From an uncultured Acidimicrobiia bacterium (GTDB taxonomy: Bacteria > Actinomycetota > Acidimicrobiia > Acidimicrobiales > SZUA-35), in the NCBI GenBank assembly GCA_963781035.1, contig CAWAEN010000002.1:20998-84997 (forward strand): a stretch of 64,000 bases of DNA, in the 5' to 3' direction. Each line of letters opens with the position of its first letter. Within the stretch, counting starts at the first letter, position 1. A program made the position numbers and the translations under genes. Below, in pieces: positions 1 to 15,692 of the stretch. Under the pieces are notes generated by a model that had not been told where the DNA came from, made no database searches, and saw only the letters and a list, made by a program, of their open reading frames with translations.

Positions 1-231
1 AATCCGCGGGTCAGTGCCTCCCCGCGACTCCTGGGGGTCTCGGGGAGTCCGATGCCGTAGCTGGAGGCCACCAGAAGGAGAGCGAGACCAACCCACCAGA
101 CCACTGGAGACGGGGCCGCGCTCTTCGCCGTAGCGGGCCGGCCCGATGACCTCGGAGTACGCCAGCCTGCTCCCGATCACGATGGCCACGAGGCCGATCG
201 CGTTGGTCAGGTGGATCCATCGACGCTTCAC
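1..231 (-). CDS. partial membrane protein (N-terminus, runs off the window)
   Basis: GTG at 231 overlaps the upstream stop codon; hydrophobic N-terminus (KRRWIHLTNAIGLVAIVIG); frameshifted. Confidence 0.3.
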   Translation of the reverse strand, partial: MKRRWIHLTNAIGLVAIVIGSRLAYSEVIGPARYGEERGPVSSGLVGWSRSPSGGLQLRHRTPRDPQESRGGTDPRI

Positions 232-1616
232 GCCGTGACCAGCTCCCGGTGATGCGGCAGCGGGGCAACACCGAGTCGATCGAGCATCATCGGCGCGAAC
301 TGGAACGCATCCATCTCTGCCGGCCACGACTCGGCTCGACTCGAGATCAAGACACCCCTCGGACTGTGACGCCCCGATCGGTGATCGGTGATCCGTTCGA
401 TCGTCACCCCCACGCTTGCCGGGTCGACCCAGCCATTACCCAGGAACACTGCATCTTCGCGACAAGCGGGCTTGCAGGTGAACGTCATGACTCTTCGGTC
501 ACCTTCGGTGGCGATCATCAGCTCGTCCAAGCCGTGGCCGAGCCATGTGTCCATGCTGGACTGGACATGTTCGGCGTCTTGCACGGTCTCGGCGACGACG
601 GTCAGCTGCGGAACCATGGCGCTGCGTACCTCGTGCCCAGCGGCGAGTCCGGCGGCGGCGAGGAACTGGTCGGGTCGTCGGATCACCGCTTGGAACTCGG
701 CACCCGAGTCGACGGTGTTGTCGGCCTGCTGTCCCATCGACGAAACCAGCATCAACGTGCGATCAGTACGCGACGCCAGGCGGGCGAGTTTGTCGACGAT
801 CCGATCGAGCGCCTCCATGGCGAACGCCAGTTCATCGCGGTGGCCATCGATCCACGCCTGCTCGTAGCCGGACCCCTCGGGCCAGTCTTCGGGGAACGTC
901 GCCGCCCAATAGCGATGCATGAAGGCCGCGACGTGGTTGATGAAAACCACGGAGAGATCGGGATCGTGCCTCGAGACCTGCTGGGCGAACACGTCAACGG
1001 CGAGGAGCGACTGACCGACACGAAGTCGCTCCTTGTTCCACGCACCCCGACCGACCTGAGCGGTCATCTTCGCCAGCTCGGCCCAAGTCGACGGCGTCAC
1101 TCCATGCCGAGCCATGGCCCCCACGCTCGAGAGATCTCGGAAACTGGGACGAACCTGCGCCACCCGCGCCGACTCCCGAGTCATCCGAAGATTCAGCGCT
1201 TGGATCGGCTCGAGCGACGATGGAACGGTTGAGGCGTCGTCACCGAAGAGATCCGGCATCACAAAGCGATAGTTGGACCCGGCTGCCAGTTCGGCCCGTG
1301 GTGAGGTGTGCAGCACCCCGAGCAGGCCGACCGATCGACCGGCTTCCGCTGCCGCCTGCCAGTAGAACGGGAAGGCTGCGGGCTTCGGATCGCCGTACCA
1401 GAACACACCGTGCTCGATGTACGGAGTTCCCATGCCCAACGACGCCCAACTCTGCGACGGGTACAGATCTCGCGGCAGCTCTTCGTCGAGGATCGTCTCG
1501 GTCAGGGAACCACGGGCGACCAGTGCTGCGAGTGGAGAATCCGGCCTTCGATCGATCCACCACTCCACCACTCGCTTGGGTACTTCGTTCACTTCGAGGA
1601 CGATGGTCCGTTCCAT
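228..1616 (-). CDS. alkaline phosphatase/phosphodiesterase superfamily-like protein of polysaccharide loci
   Basis: 462 aa; N-terminal IVLEVNE, LYPSQSW..G...HGV, NHVAAFMHRYW, SSMGQ and C-terminal GRHSPRG motifs resemble the AlkP-fold metal-binding pattern. Confidence 0.55.
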   Translation of the reverse strand: MERTIVLEVNEVPKRVVEWWIDRRPDSPLAALVARGSLTETILDEELPRDLYPSQSWASLGMGTPYIEHGVFWYGDPKPAAFPFYWQAAAEAGRSVGLLGVLHTSPRAELAAGSNYRFVMPDLFGDDASTVPSSLEPIQALNLRMTRESARVAQVRPSFRDLSSVGAMARHGVTPSTWAELAKMTAQVGRGAWNKERLRVGQSLLAVDVFAQQVSRHDPDLSVVFINHVAAFMHRYWAATFPEDWPEGSGYEQAWIDGHRDELAFAMEALDRIVDKLARLASRTDRTLMLVSSMGQQADNTVDSGAEFQAVIRRPDQFLAAAGLAAGHEVRSAMVPQLTVVAETVQDAEHVQSSMDTWLGHGLDELMIATEGDRRVMTFTCKPACREDAVFLGNGWVDPASVGVTIERITDHRSGRHSPRGVLISSRAESWPAEMDAFQFAPMMLDRLGVAPLPHHRELVTA

Positions 1617-1670
1617 ACCGATCCATCGGCACCCGGCAGCCAGAAGTGAATCACGAGCACCGCCAAACGC

Positions 1671-2345
1671 TCAGCCATTCGCAGCTCGCACAGCTGATGA
1701 AATGAGGTCCGTCGCACTCGACACGGCCCACATCGCGAGCGCCAACACACCGAGGAGTTTCCCGCCGTCCTCCACCACCAGGTTCAGCGTCGATGGAGTC
1801 GACAGCGAGTCGACGACAACGGACAGAGCGAATCCCGCCAAGGCTGCCAACAGGAGCTCCCAACGAGTCCGGACGATCTCCGCTCGACAGACAATGCACC
1901 AGACGACAACTGCGCCCGCCTCGGCGACCATCAACGCCAGCTTCGGGACCCCGAACAGTGGTGGCACGACCGATGAATGCAGCAGGTACAGATCATCGAG
2001 CATCAGGAACGTGATGATGGCCCCGGCAGACGCGAAGGCTCGCGACGCCGAAGGCCGGCTCGCGACATGACTCGTGAACGCGGCGCCACCGGCCGCCACT
2101 GCAGCTGTCGTCCATGTACCAACGACGAGGGACGTGATCATGCCGCTGTACCACTTCCCACCACTGACCACCACGCGATCGAGCAGAAGGTCTTCGACGG
2201 GCACTCGATTCTGGAACGCAACAATCGCCAGAATCCCGAAGCCGAGCAGCCAGATCATGATCAGCCGATGGATCGTCGACGTTCGAGCCGCGACCGGTCG
2301 TGGCAACCGACGATCGACGGCACGCTGATCAGTCGCTTGGAGCAT
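1671..2345 (-). CDS. integral membrane protein (about 6 TM)
   Basis: hydrophobic helices with LDDLYLLH and EDGGKL motifs. Confidence 0.6.
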   Translation of the reverse strand: MLQATDQRAVDRRLPRPVAARTSTIHRLIMIWLLGFGILAIVAFQNRVPVEDLLLDRVVVSGGKWYSGMITSLVVGTWTTAAVAAGGAAFTSHVASRPSASRAFASAGAIITFLMLDDLYLLHSSVVPPLFGVPKLALMVAEAGAVVVWCIVCRAEIVRTRWELLLAALAGFALSVVVDSLSTPSTLNLVVEDGGKLLGVLALAMWAVSSATDLISSAVRAANG

Positions 2346-2458
2346 CCGTTCAGTGTCGACCGCTACCGGGTACGGACTTGCCACGCCTCGGCCGCAAAGG
2401 TTCACGCAGAGGCCTCGCCAACGAATCAAGATCTGCACCTCGGCGCCGATGGGAAACC

Positions 2459-3452
2459 GTGACATCGGTGACAGTGGTGATTCCGCGCGAAACGAGGAAA
2501 CCAGCCTCAGCGCCGCCCTCGACTCTGTCCTGGGGCAGACCTTCCCGCTCGAAGACATGGAGATCGTCGTCGTAGACGGCGCCTCGACCGACGACACACC
2601 CCTCGTAGCCAAGCGTTGCCTCGACGGCACGCCGCTGCGTCGTTGGGCCGTCCTGACGAATCACGAGGCCACCACCCCGACCAATCTGAACATGGGCCTC
2701 GACTGGGCCGAAGGCGACATCGTGGTACGCGTCGATGCCCGGTCGACACTTCCCAACGACTACGTCGAGCGAACGGTCGAGGTCCTGGCCGACGAGTTGA
2801 TCGCCGTGGTGGGCGGTCGACAGTCAGCCGAACCGGCCGAGCGTGGCCTCGTCTGCCGTTCGATCGCCCGGCTCTGAACAATCCATTCGCCAACGGTGGC
2901 GCTCGTTATCGAGACCACCGAGCCGCCAGCGGACCGTGCGACACGGCCTACCTCGGCGTCTTCCGGACCGAGCAACTCCGGGAGGCCGATGGCTGGTCTC
3001 CCACGTTCACGAGCAATCAGGACTTCGAACTCAGCCGTCGCATGGAGTGGTTCGGACAGGTCTGGTACGAGGCCGGTCTTCCTGTCGGCTACCAGCCCCG
3101 ACGAACCTACCGAGCGCTGCTTCAGCAGTACCGGCGGTTCGGCCGGTGGAAGGCCTTCTACTGGCGATCGACCGGCGATCGCCCTCGACCACGGCAGGTC
3201 GTCATCCTCGCCCTGCCCGCTGCCGGGTTGGTCGGCTCCACCACACTTGCTCTGGCCGTTCCGACGCTCATCGCACCGGCAGCTCTCGCCGGCGTCGGCA
3301 CACTGCTCATGATCGACCACATCGGCGCAGAGGCACCGGCCTCCGCTGCCGAACGTCTCGGCAGCTGCGTGGCGATGGCCATCATCGGACTGGGCTGGTG
3401 GTCCGGCGCCACACAGGAAATGTTGAAAGCAGGCAACAATCATGGCCGTTGA
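2459..3452 (+). CDS. glycosyltransferase family 2 (ExoA-like), frameshifted
   Basis: VTVVIP.RNEE, VVDGASTDDT, VRVDA and NQDFELSRR motifs, C-terminal TMs; split across frames at ~2487 and ~2870. Confidence 0.85.
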
Positions 3453-4263
3453 TCGAACGTTCTACGAACAAGCAGAGCTCTGGGGGATCGAGAACGACCT
3501 CGACCGCGATCGCACGATGATCCGGGCGACTGAGATGGCACGATTGATGCCCACCGGTGTCGAGTCGATTCTCGATGTCGGCACCGGCGACGGTCGTCTG
3601 CTGCACCCGCTGGTCGATCAGCTGCCGACGGTGCCGCTCGTCGTCGGACTCGATCGCAGTGCGACAGCGCTCCATCACCTCGACCGTCTCGCGACGCAGG
3701 GATCCGCCGATGCTCTCCCGTACGCGGACAAGGCGTTCGACGTCGTCATCGCCTGCGAGATCTTGGAGCACCTACCGGAACCGATCTTCCAAGCGGCCAC
3801 TGCGGAACTGGCCAGAGTGGCCCGCCGAAGCGTCATCATCACGGTGCCGAATCGGGAGAAGCTCGCTCGGGCCGAGGTGCGATGTGAGAAGTGCGGCTGT
3901 CGATACAACCGCCGTCGCCACCTTCGGCGTTTCGATCGCAAGTCGTTCGATTCGCTCCTGCCCGGCTTCGATGTCGTCGAGGCGGCAGAGTTCGGGCATC
4001 GCACCCGGATCTACCCGAGGCTTGTCCGCCAGGAACTCGAACGACGTGGCCTCCTCTCGGTCCACGATGCACCGGAGTGCCCTCAGTGCGGTCAAGGCCA
4101 CGGGCGCCGCGCCTCTGACGTTTCGCCTCCTGCCGGCACCTCCTCGAGCTCGGCATCGAGCGACAACGTGGCGCCGGGGAGCGGCTCGTACTTCCGCATC
4201 CGCTCAATGGTCCCTGCACAGCGCCAGCCGTACTGGCTCGGCGTTCGCCTCGATCGACGCTGA
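3442..4263 (+). CDS. class I SAM-dependent methyltransferase with two CxxC pairs
   Basis: ILDVGTGDG, FDVVIACEILEHL, ITVPN; CEKC and CPQC. Confidence 0.85.
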   Translation: MAVDRTFYEQAELWGIENDLDRDRTMIRATEMARLMPTGVESILDVGTGDGRLLHPLVDQLPTVPLVVGLDRSATALHHLDRLATQGSADALPYADKAFDVVIACEILEHLPEPIFQAATAELARVARRSVIITVPNREKLARAEVRCEKCGCRYNRRRHLRRFDRKSFDSLLPGFDVVEAAEFGHRTRIYPRLVRQELERRGLLSVHDAPECPQCGQGHGRRASDVSPPAGTSSSSASSDNVAPGSGSYFRIRSMVPAQRQPYWLGVRLDRR

Positions 4264-4267
4264 GACC

Positions 4268-5621
4268 TCAGAGAACGAAGCCGAGCACGATGACGAGCGA
4301 CGCGACCAAGAGTCCGGAGAGCTCCATGGTCTTGGACGTCCGGATCCCGGCGCCGGCACATGCTCTGCGATAGGCCCACCCGATGCTCAGGATCGTCGCT
4401 GCCGACACAGCAACAGACACTCCGAGAATCGAACCGGAGCCGACGACAATCGCCGCGGTGAGAGCGAGCATCCGTACGAGCTCCCAACCGATCACCCGAC
4501 GGGCGGCACCATTCGTGAGACCAAGAGCGACGACGGGACCCAACAAGAGCCGCCACGGCAACGCAAGTCCGAGAATGGCCGTGATGCGCCTCGTTTCCTC
4601 CCAACCCGGGCCGAGCAGGCTCGGCAGCACGAACGCCACAGCACCCGTCAGCAGCACGCCCACGACACCGAACAGGGCGATCTGGCGAACCAGCCGATCG
4701 TGCTGACGCTGTGCGTCATCGGTGTTGGCGAAGTCGACAAAGGTGGACCGGGTCAGTGGCGATGCAGACGATGGACGAGAAGGCCGAGGCCAGTCGGAAT
4801 CCGATCGCATAGATACTCAACGCCACCTCACCGAGAAGTGCCCCGACGATCAGGTAGTCGACGTTGGCAGTCGCATACGTCACCAGTTGGCTCACCCAGA
4901 CGCCTTGCGTGCGCACCGGGATGCCTGCGGAGTCGAAAACACCCGCCGGCCATTGCTGGACGGCCAGCTCGATCAGGTGCTTGACGATGCAGATCGACGC
5001 AAAGGCGAAAAGGTCGTCTGCGTCGCGAACGAGCAGGACAACCGCGGTGAGAAAGGCCACGGCACCCGTGGCCTCACCCATCGAGAGTCGCCGAGTGTGG
5101 CGGCTGCGTTGCAGCGACGCTCGACCGATGTAGACCGCCGGGCCTGTCAACAGCGACAGACCACCGAACCCGATGACGACCCCGACAGATCCCCCGACCA
5201 AGAGACCAGCAGCAACGGCCATCGCAGCGACCACGCCGTTCGCGAGCATTCGGACCGTCCACGACCGACTACTGATTGGCTGTTCGATGCGGGTCCGCAG
5301 GATGGCGAAGGCCAGGCCGGTGTCGCCGACCTGTGCCGTGAACGCATACAGAATGAAGATCGTTGCGAATGGGGCGAAGGCTTGGGTACCGGTTCGTCGT
5401 GCGATCAGCAGGGAAGCTACGCCGAGGGCGAACTGGTCGATTCCTCGCGTTCCGATCATCGGCAACAGCCGACCGAGACCGCCCCGAGAAATCGCCGTTG
5501 CCGGCACCAAACCTCTCAGGGCAGTCATCTTGTTCTCGTCGGCCCGACCGAGCGACGATTGAGTGGCTGAATCACTGGCTCGGTCAACGCCTTCTGTCCT
5601 TTCTCGACGGACCTCCCTCAT
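4268..5621 (-). CDS. oligosaccharide flippase (Wzx/PST family), frameshifted
   Basis: about 12 TM over two ORFs (4716-5621, 4268-4810); NVDYLIVGALLG..LSIYAIGFRLA motif. Confidence 0.8.
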
Positions 5622-5645
5622 CGGACCAGGTCTACCCCGCCGAGG

Positions 5646-7091
5646 TCATCGAGCGGGAGCAAGTGGAGCAGGTGCTTCGCTGCCAACGCGTTCCGTCTCG
5701 ACTCGCTCCGTGGCTCGTTCGCGAGCGACGGAGCGAACCAGAAGCCAGCCGGTGAGCGCAACCGACACTGCGTGTAGCGCGAAGCCGACGGGGCCGAGCC
5801 ACAGCGTCCAGAGCGTGTCCACGGGGCCGAAGTCTCGCAAGTTCTGGAGCTGAGCGACGACCGCGAACGTGCCGGTTGGTGTGAGGTGAAGAGCGATGAC
5901 GGTCATCGACATGGCGAGCACAGACCAGCGCACCGCAAGCCATTGAACCCGTGGTGCCACATTCCAGACCTCAGCCATTCCCACGATCAAGAACGGCAAC
6001 GCCGGAATGACATATCTCGGACCGGGAGCCTCACCACCCCAAGGATTTCCCCAGCCGGACTGCATGGCCAGGAAGGCGCCAAACGGAGCAGCCCGACGAT
6101 TCCATGCCGACGACGCTCGGTGTTCCGCCCCCTTGCCATCCGAACGAGCCCCCACACGGCGAGCGCAATGACGGGACTGAACAGGAGCATGCCTCGCGTC
6201 CCGAGGAGCACCTCCACGAACTGGGTCGGGCTCGGCAAGCCCACAACAACGCCACGTGTACCCGGGTCGGTCTTCTCCGAATAGGAAACGCTGAACGGGC
6301 TGCCGTATGCCGCCGCCTGATACGCCATGAGCAGAACGGCAAACGGAATGCCGCCGGCAACGAAGGCAAGAAGGCGCGACCACTCACGCGTGATCAGAAG
6401 AAAGCCCCCGACCACAAGGACCACCATGAGCAGCGGATACTCGGTTGCCACCGCCGCTCCGCCTGCCACACCAGCGCCCAGCGCAAGGAGAAGGTGGCCT
6501 CTGGAGTTCTCGCTGCGAGACCTCACCGAAGCATCCGCCAGCAGCCAGCAGCCCCACCCCAGAAGTCCAGCAAGCACATGGGCGTAGAGCTGCGTCCCGT
6601 AGGCGAGGAGCAACGTCCCGCAGCAGATTGCCAACGTCGCCTGCACCGCATGGACACGACCGAACAAACGAGAAACAGTTCGGATCCCGACACCGATCAG
6701 CATCAGGAATGGCACAACGGTGAACCAGAGGGTCACCCACCAGAGACCAAGATTCCCCTCCAGCCTCAGGACCGTGGCCGGTTCGGCCCCCACCGCCTGG
6801 GCTACCGCATAGACCGGCATCGCTGCGATGGGCTGGAGCGGAGCCTTGTCGCCGTAGATGTGGCCATCGCGAACGACGTAGTCGACGTTCAGGACCTCTA
6901 CATAGCCGTCGAGCCGAATCGTGCCTCTGATCGACCATCGCCGCTGTCTGGGCGTAACGAGAGGCGGGTTGTGCGGTGAGCTCCTGCACGAACGGCACGA
7001 GAGCAACGGCGATGAAGATGATCGCCAACCAGCTCGACGAAACGCCTCGCAGCCGGCCTCGATCAGGCCGTTCGGAAGAGGCGCTGGTCAT
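5646..7091 (-). CDS. polytopic membrane protein, GT-C/PMT-like glycosyltransferase, frameshifted
   Basis: [31 protein letters not shown] and [12 protein letters not shown] motifs, many TMs; spread over three frames. Confidence 0.65.
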
Positions 7092-7147
7092 CGTCCTCAA
7101 TCGGCCGAGGCACGGTCGGACTTGAGACGCGAGAGCGGCGCCTCCCC

Positions 7148-10008
<2,861 letters not shown>

Positions 10009-10015
10009 CGGCCGA

Positions 10016-10050
10016 AGGCTAGCGAGGTGCCGAACAGAACGCTTGTTCGA
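10016..10050 (-). promoter_or_regulatory. uvrA promoter: LexA (SOS) box plus leaderless -10
   Basis: minus strand TCGAAC-AAGC-GTTCTG (10050-10035) matches the actinobacterial GAAC-N4-GTTC box; TAGCCT lies 7 nt before the GTG. Confidence 0.75.
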
Positions 10051-10055
10051 GTGAC

Positions 10056-11792
10056 CTATTCCCGCGCGAAGATCGTCAATCGCTGCTGGAGAATGGGGCT
10101 GAGCTCCCACTCGCCCACCTCCGAGACGGCCTCGAACCCCTCGAAGTCGACCACTTCTGCGTCGACCTGATCGACATACACGAACCGGTCGATCGACTCA
10201 GCGGCCAGGATCGAGAGCACGGCTGACCGCTCGGCATCCCCGACCGTGGAGAGCCAGCGGTGTTCGACGATCTCGGGGCCTGCCTTCGCGAGCCTTCACC
10301 GAGTCGTACCAGACCACGACATCGCCATCGGCCACGGTCTCGATCAGTTCGAAGTCATCCACCAGGGAAGTGGTTCGAATGGCGTTGAACCACACGCCGG
10401 ACGCGGTCACCAACACACCGGCGACGAGCAGACCCCGGAAGACGGCGAGATGGACGTCGCGGCAGCTCGGCGCAGGCAACGATCACCAGCAGGAAGCCGC
10501 TCATCAGCACGTAGCGACCGCCCCACTGGGGCACGGCACCGGCGGGATACTGGGTGAGGAAGATGAGCGGAAGCGCTCCGAGGGCGATGCCGGCGACGAT
10601 GCGGTGGTGCCAGAGTGCGGGTCCCGAGGAAGACCCCGGCGATCACGAGCGGAGCAGTCGGCACCATGCCAGGTACGAACGTCGGCCCGAACCGGACGAT
10701 CCGCAGCGCCAGAATCGCGGCAGTGGCGACGAGCAGCGTGGCCGGCAGACGGACGACACCTCCGGATCGAATGGTGATCATCAGCCACACGAGACCGGCA
10801 AGGATCACGACACCGAAGAACGTGGCGATCGGGTGGACAGCGTTGATCGGCGACAGGGCGAGTCGTGAACGCGGCGTTCACCCGATCACCGAACCCCGAC
10901 GTGGCACCGACGACGGCGCCGACGCTACGACTCGAGCGAAGCGAGGCTCCATAGAACCAGGTTTCTGCGATCTCGTGCATGACGAGAATGCCGACTGCTC
11001 CGACAGCCATCATCACGCTCGGCACGAATGTTGTCGGCCGGGTAGCGACGCCGAGGAGAACTGTGCCGAACGTCAAGCACCACACCGGCGACGAAGCCGT
11101 ACACCAGAGCCTCCTGTCGCATCGTCGCCGCGACACCGAAGGCAAGACCGGCTCCCAATGCATACACCGTCGGGCCGGAAACGCGTCGACTGCTCGCTTG
11201 CGTTGAGGACACCCAAGACGCCGAGCGCCATCAGGAAGACGCCGAGCGAGTGTTCCCAGAAGTCGAGCGCATACACGGCGAGCGGAGTCGACAGACCCGA
11301 CCACCCACATGGCCGCCGTCCCACGCTCGGGATCGAGATGGCGTTGGATACGCCCGGCGAGGACAGCCGCACCCGCTGCCGCCATGATCGGGATCAGCAA
11401 CACCAACTGGGCGCCGCCCAGTACCCAGAGCGGGCGAGCGGCGAGGACCATCGGCAAGCGAGGTCGTGTTGACCCACCAGCCGTTCTCGGTCTTGGTCGT
11501 GTGAGCGAACGGAAAGGCCAAGGCCCTCCGGATCAGCCTGCTCGGCCCAATACCCGAGATCGGTGCTCCAATCGCCCCGCTCGACCATCGCCGCCAGGGC
11601 GCCGGTCTTCCCGCCGGTGTCAGTGCTCAGGTAGGCGTCAGGGCTCCCGAAGAGTGACAGTCCGAAGTAGAGAACGGAGAGAACGACGAAGGCGAACGCA
11701 CCCGATCGTGTGACGATGCCGCGGCCACCAACTCGATGCACTGGACTGGAGTTCGGGATCCGACTGCGAGTTCCTGGAGCCAGCGTCGTCAT
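10056..11792 (-). CDS. polytopic membrane protein, GT-C-like glycosyltransferase, frameshifted
   Basis: N-terminal TM then STDTGGK; [11 protein letters not shown] and MRQEA motifs; many TMs in fragments; start overlaps the upstream stop. Confidence 0.6.
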
Positions 11793-13494
11793 GGCTGCAT
11801 TCTCTCGATCGTGATGGTGCGGATCAGCCCATCGAGCCGCGGCTCTGATGCGGTCCATCCGTCCGGGATCGCCGGCACGTCGTTGTCGAAGATGTCGAGG
11901 TGGACCACTCGGTCGATCCCGGCCGCCGCCGCCGAATCCAGGACGTCCGGCGAGTGGACCATCATCGGGCATCGATTGAAGCGGCACGAGCACGGCCGTT
12001 TCCGGCGCATATCGACCAAGACGGCGGTCGGTCGATATCAGCATCTCGTCGGTACCGACATACCCGGCCAGAGCGCCATCGACACCTCGGCCTCCACCAA
12101 CCAGCGACCTGTCGTGCGAGGCCTCGAGTGTGCGGACACCAGCGATCGAGATCACGAGACTCAACACCACGGCTGCCGTCATCACGACCTTCTGGCCGCG
12201 GTCGACTCGGCCGGCGAACACTGCGTCGGCAACCAACGGAACGGCGAGCGCCGAGCACCACGACACCGAGCCGGCCGCCCCAACCGAGACCCCCGCCGTC
12301 GGGCGGGATCGACAAGACCAGCAGCAGCCACGTCACACCCAAGGTGGAGAGCGCAAGCCGATGACCTCGGGCGGAGCCGACGAGGATCATCGCCGGGATG
12401 ACAGCCGGCCACGCAGCCGAGGAGACCCGGGTAGGCATCGCCGAGGAGGGCGCCGAACACCCCGCACCGAGCGCCAGCGAGCTGACCACGATGATCATCC
12501 CGATGTCACCGCCGCGGCGGACGACGAACGGCCGCAGCGATCAAGAGGACGACGGCCAGCAGACGAGCAACGTGTTGGGGCGACTGACCACCGACGTCCA
12601 GGAACAAGGCAATCGCTGCCTGGAGTCGCTCGTCACCATGCCGTCCCGAGGCGGCAGTGACTCCGGTCGGCGCCAACGACACCGACCCAGTCGCCCAGCG
12701 GAAGAACACACGGTCGAGCGCGAATGCGACGAGGCCGGCACCACCGGATCGTTGACATCCATCGGATGCGATCCGAGCCCGGAGGACGGGTGAATCAGGA
12801 TCGAGGTGACGAGCGCAAGCGTTGCCAGCAGTGCCTCTGTGCGAAGCAGAATCGAGATCGCAGATGCCGACGACGACTCCCGGCCGCTCGAAGGCCGACC
12901 AGCGTGTGGCGGTCTGGATCAATCCGAAAGCAGAGACGAACGCTGCCGCCGCCGGAAGATGCGCCCACCCGATCTGCGAGTGGACGAGGAACGGGACTGG
13001 TCGAGGCAGTGAGCCAGAAGACGATTCTGGCATCGACGTGAACGAGCCCGTTCGACGGCCGCCGCTCGGCGGCGAGACCACCGGCGAGAGCGAGAACGAC
13101 CAGCGACGACGATCGACAGCGACCTTGCGGCACCGCTGTGTCGGCACGACCGTGTCGACGGCGGCGATGGCCGCCGGGTAGGCGGCATGCCGGGCGTAGG
13201 GGTACCAGACCTCACCCTGGACCTGCGACAGAGCAAGCGGGGCGATAGGCCACGTCGACCCCGGCCGGGCCCGGACGAGGGGAATCGCCCAGCGACCCGA
13301 CTCGGTCAACTGATCGGCTTGAGTCTGATAGGCGTTCTCGTCGATCGTGAACAGGCCGGGACCGAGGACCATGCGAGGCCGATCAGGAGGGCGAGCAGCG
13401 CCAAAGAGTGACCAAGCCATGCCTGGGCCGAGATCGCCGGCGGCGCATCACCGGAGGTGGCGCGCTCGGGTGCCACATGTTCGATCACACGCAT
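11789..13494 (-). CDS. polytopic membrane protein, GT-C-like glycosyltransferase, frameshifted
   Basis: first loop LFTIDENAY (acidic DE motif), YPYARHAAYP, WAHLPA, WGGR; architecture similar to its neighbour. Confidence 0.55.
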
Positions 13495-13533
13495 CCCCAC
13501 CCATCGGCGGCAACGGTGAAGTCCTGAGCGGGG

Positions 13534-15590
13534 TCAGACCATCTCGCGCAGCTCGCGCCGGAGCTCGCGGATCTCGTCGCGGATCCGTGCTGCATACTCG
13601 AACCGAAGATCGACTGACGCTTCCTTCATCTCCTCCTCGAGCGTGAGGATCAGGCGCCGCAACTCGTCCTCGGGGAGATCTGCCAACTCCTTCAAACGCT
13701 TGGCCTCGTCCGGGCGCTTCTTGCGCTTGTCGCTTCCGGGAACGGGGGCGGTCTGCTCCCCCGCCGGCCTCATCATCGCCAGGATGTCGGTGACCGCCTT
13801 GCGAATCGTGGTGGGATCGATGCCGTGCTCGAGGTTGTAGGCCATCTGCAGCCCGCGGCGTCGATTGGTTTCCGACAACGCTCGCTGTCATCGAATCGGT
13901 GATCTTGTCTGCGTACATGATGACTCGGCCGTCGACGTTACGAGCCGGCACGTCCGATGGTCTGGATCAACGACGTCTCCGAGCGAAGGAAACCTTCCTT
14001 GTCTGCGTCGAGGATGCACACCAACTGGACTTCAGGAAGGTCGAGACCTTCACGCAAGAGGTTGATTCCGACCAGGACATCGAACTCGCCGAGCCGCAAC
14101 CCACGAAGCAGTTCGATTCGATGGATGGTGTCGATCTCGGAGTGCAGGTAGCGGACCCGCAGACCTTGCTCGAGCAGGTAGTCGGTGAGGTCCTCGGACA
14201 TCTTCTTCGTGAGTGTGGTGACGAGCACCCGACCCTCGTTCTCGATCACCGCTGCGATCTCGTTGAGGATGTCGTCGATCTGCCCCTTGGTCGGCCGTAC
14301 CGACACCTCGGGATCGAGGAGGCCCGTGGGGCGCACGATCTGCTCCACCAATTGCTCCGAGTGCTCCAGCTCGTACGGCCCGGGCGTGGCGGAAAGGAAG
14401 ATCGTCTGGCCGCGTCGTTCGAGCCATTCCTCGAATCGAATCGGCCGGTTGTCGGCAGCCGACGGAAGCCGGAACCCATGCTCGATCAAGGTCTCTTTCC
14501 GACTGCGGTCGCCGGCGTATTGACCATGAAGCTGGGGAACAGCCACGTGCGACTCGTCGATGATCGTGAGGTAGTCGTCGGGGAAGAAGTCGAGCAGCGT
14601 GTACGGCGCTTCACCGGGAGCCCGACCATCGATGTGACGGCTGTAGTTCTCGATGCCGTTGCAGAACCCCATCTCCTGCATCATCTCGAGGTCGTACTGG
14701 GTGCGCATTCGCAGGCGCTGCGCCTCGAGCAGCTTGCCGTCCTTCTCGAACTCGGCCAGCCGCTCCTGCAATTCGGCCTCGATGCCGCCGATCGCCCGCT
14801 GCATCCGTTCGTCTGATGCGGTGTAGTGCGTCGCCGGGAACACGACCAGTTCGGTCAGTTCGGCGATGCGTTCACCGGTGAGGGGATCCACGGTGGTGAT
14901 CGACTCGACCTCGTCGCCGAAGAGCTCGATGCGAACGACGAACTCCTCGTATGCGGGCTGCAGCTCGATCGTGTCGCCTCGAACACGGAACTTCCCGCGA
15001 CCGAGCGTCATGTCGTTGCGTTCGTAGTGCATCGCGACCAGATCGGACAGGATCGACCGCTGATCGTGCTCCTCGCCGAGCCGGACCACCAGGAGCTTCG
15101 CGAGGTACTCCGCCGGCGACCCCAGGCCGTAGATGCACGAGACCGACGCCACGACGATCGTGTCCCGACGAGTGAGCAGCGCCGAGGTGGCCGCATGGCG
15201 GAGCCGATCGATGTCGTCGTTGACCGAGGAGTCCTTCTCGATGTAGGTGTCCGAGCTCGGGATGTAGGCCTCGGGTTGGTAGTAGTCGTAGTAGCTGACG
15301 AAGTACTCGACCCGATTGTCCGGGAAGAACTCGCGGAACTCGTTGGCCAACTGGGCCGCCAGCGACTTGTTCGGAGCGATGACGAGCGTCGGACGCTGCG
15401 TCTGCTCGATCGTCCAGGCGATCGTGGCCGACTTGCCGGAGCCCGTGATGCCGAGCAGCGTCTGTTCCTTGTCGCCTCGCTCCACGCCCTCGACCAGCTG
15501 AGCGATCGCGGTGGGTTGGTCGCCGGCGGGCTCGTAGTCGGTGACGATGCGGAAGGGGGTTCCCGCGGACGGCTCAGGACGATCGGACAT
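13534..15590 (-). CDS. uvrB: excinuclease ABC subunit B (frameshifted near the C-terminus)
   Basis: [47 protein letters not shown]-terminal UVR domain. Confidence 0.97.
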
Positions 15591-15597
15591 CCTGTCG

Positions 15598-15620
15598 AGG
15601 CTAGCGACGACCCTGTGACA
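15598..15620 (-). promoter_or_regulatory. uvrB promoter, PafBC/RecA-NDp-like
   Basis: minus strand TGTCAC-N11-TAGCCT-N7-ATG; the mycobacterial consensus is TGTCGG-N10-TANNNT. Confidence 0.4.
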
Positions 15621-15692
15621 CCGTGATCGAAGGACGCCTGCGGCGTTCCCAGTTGCCGCTCCGCTCCCAACATCGAGGCCGGCGAAAACGCC

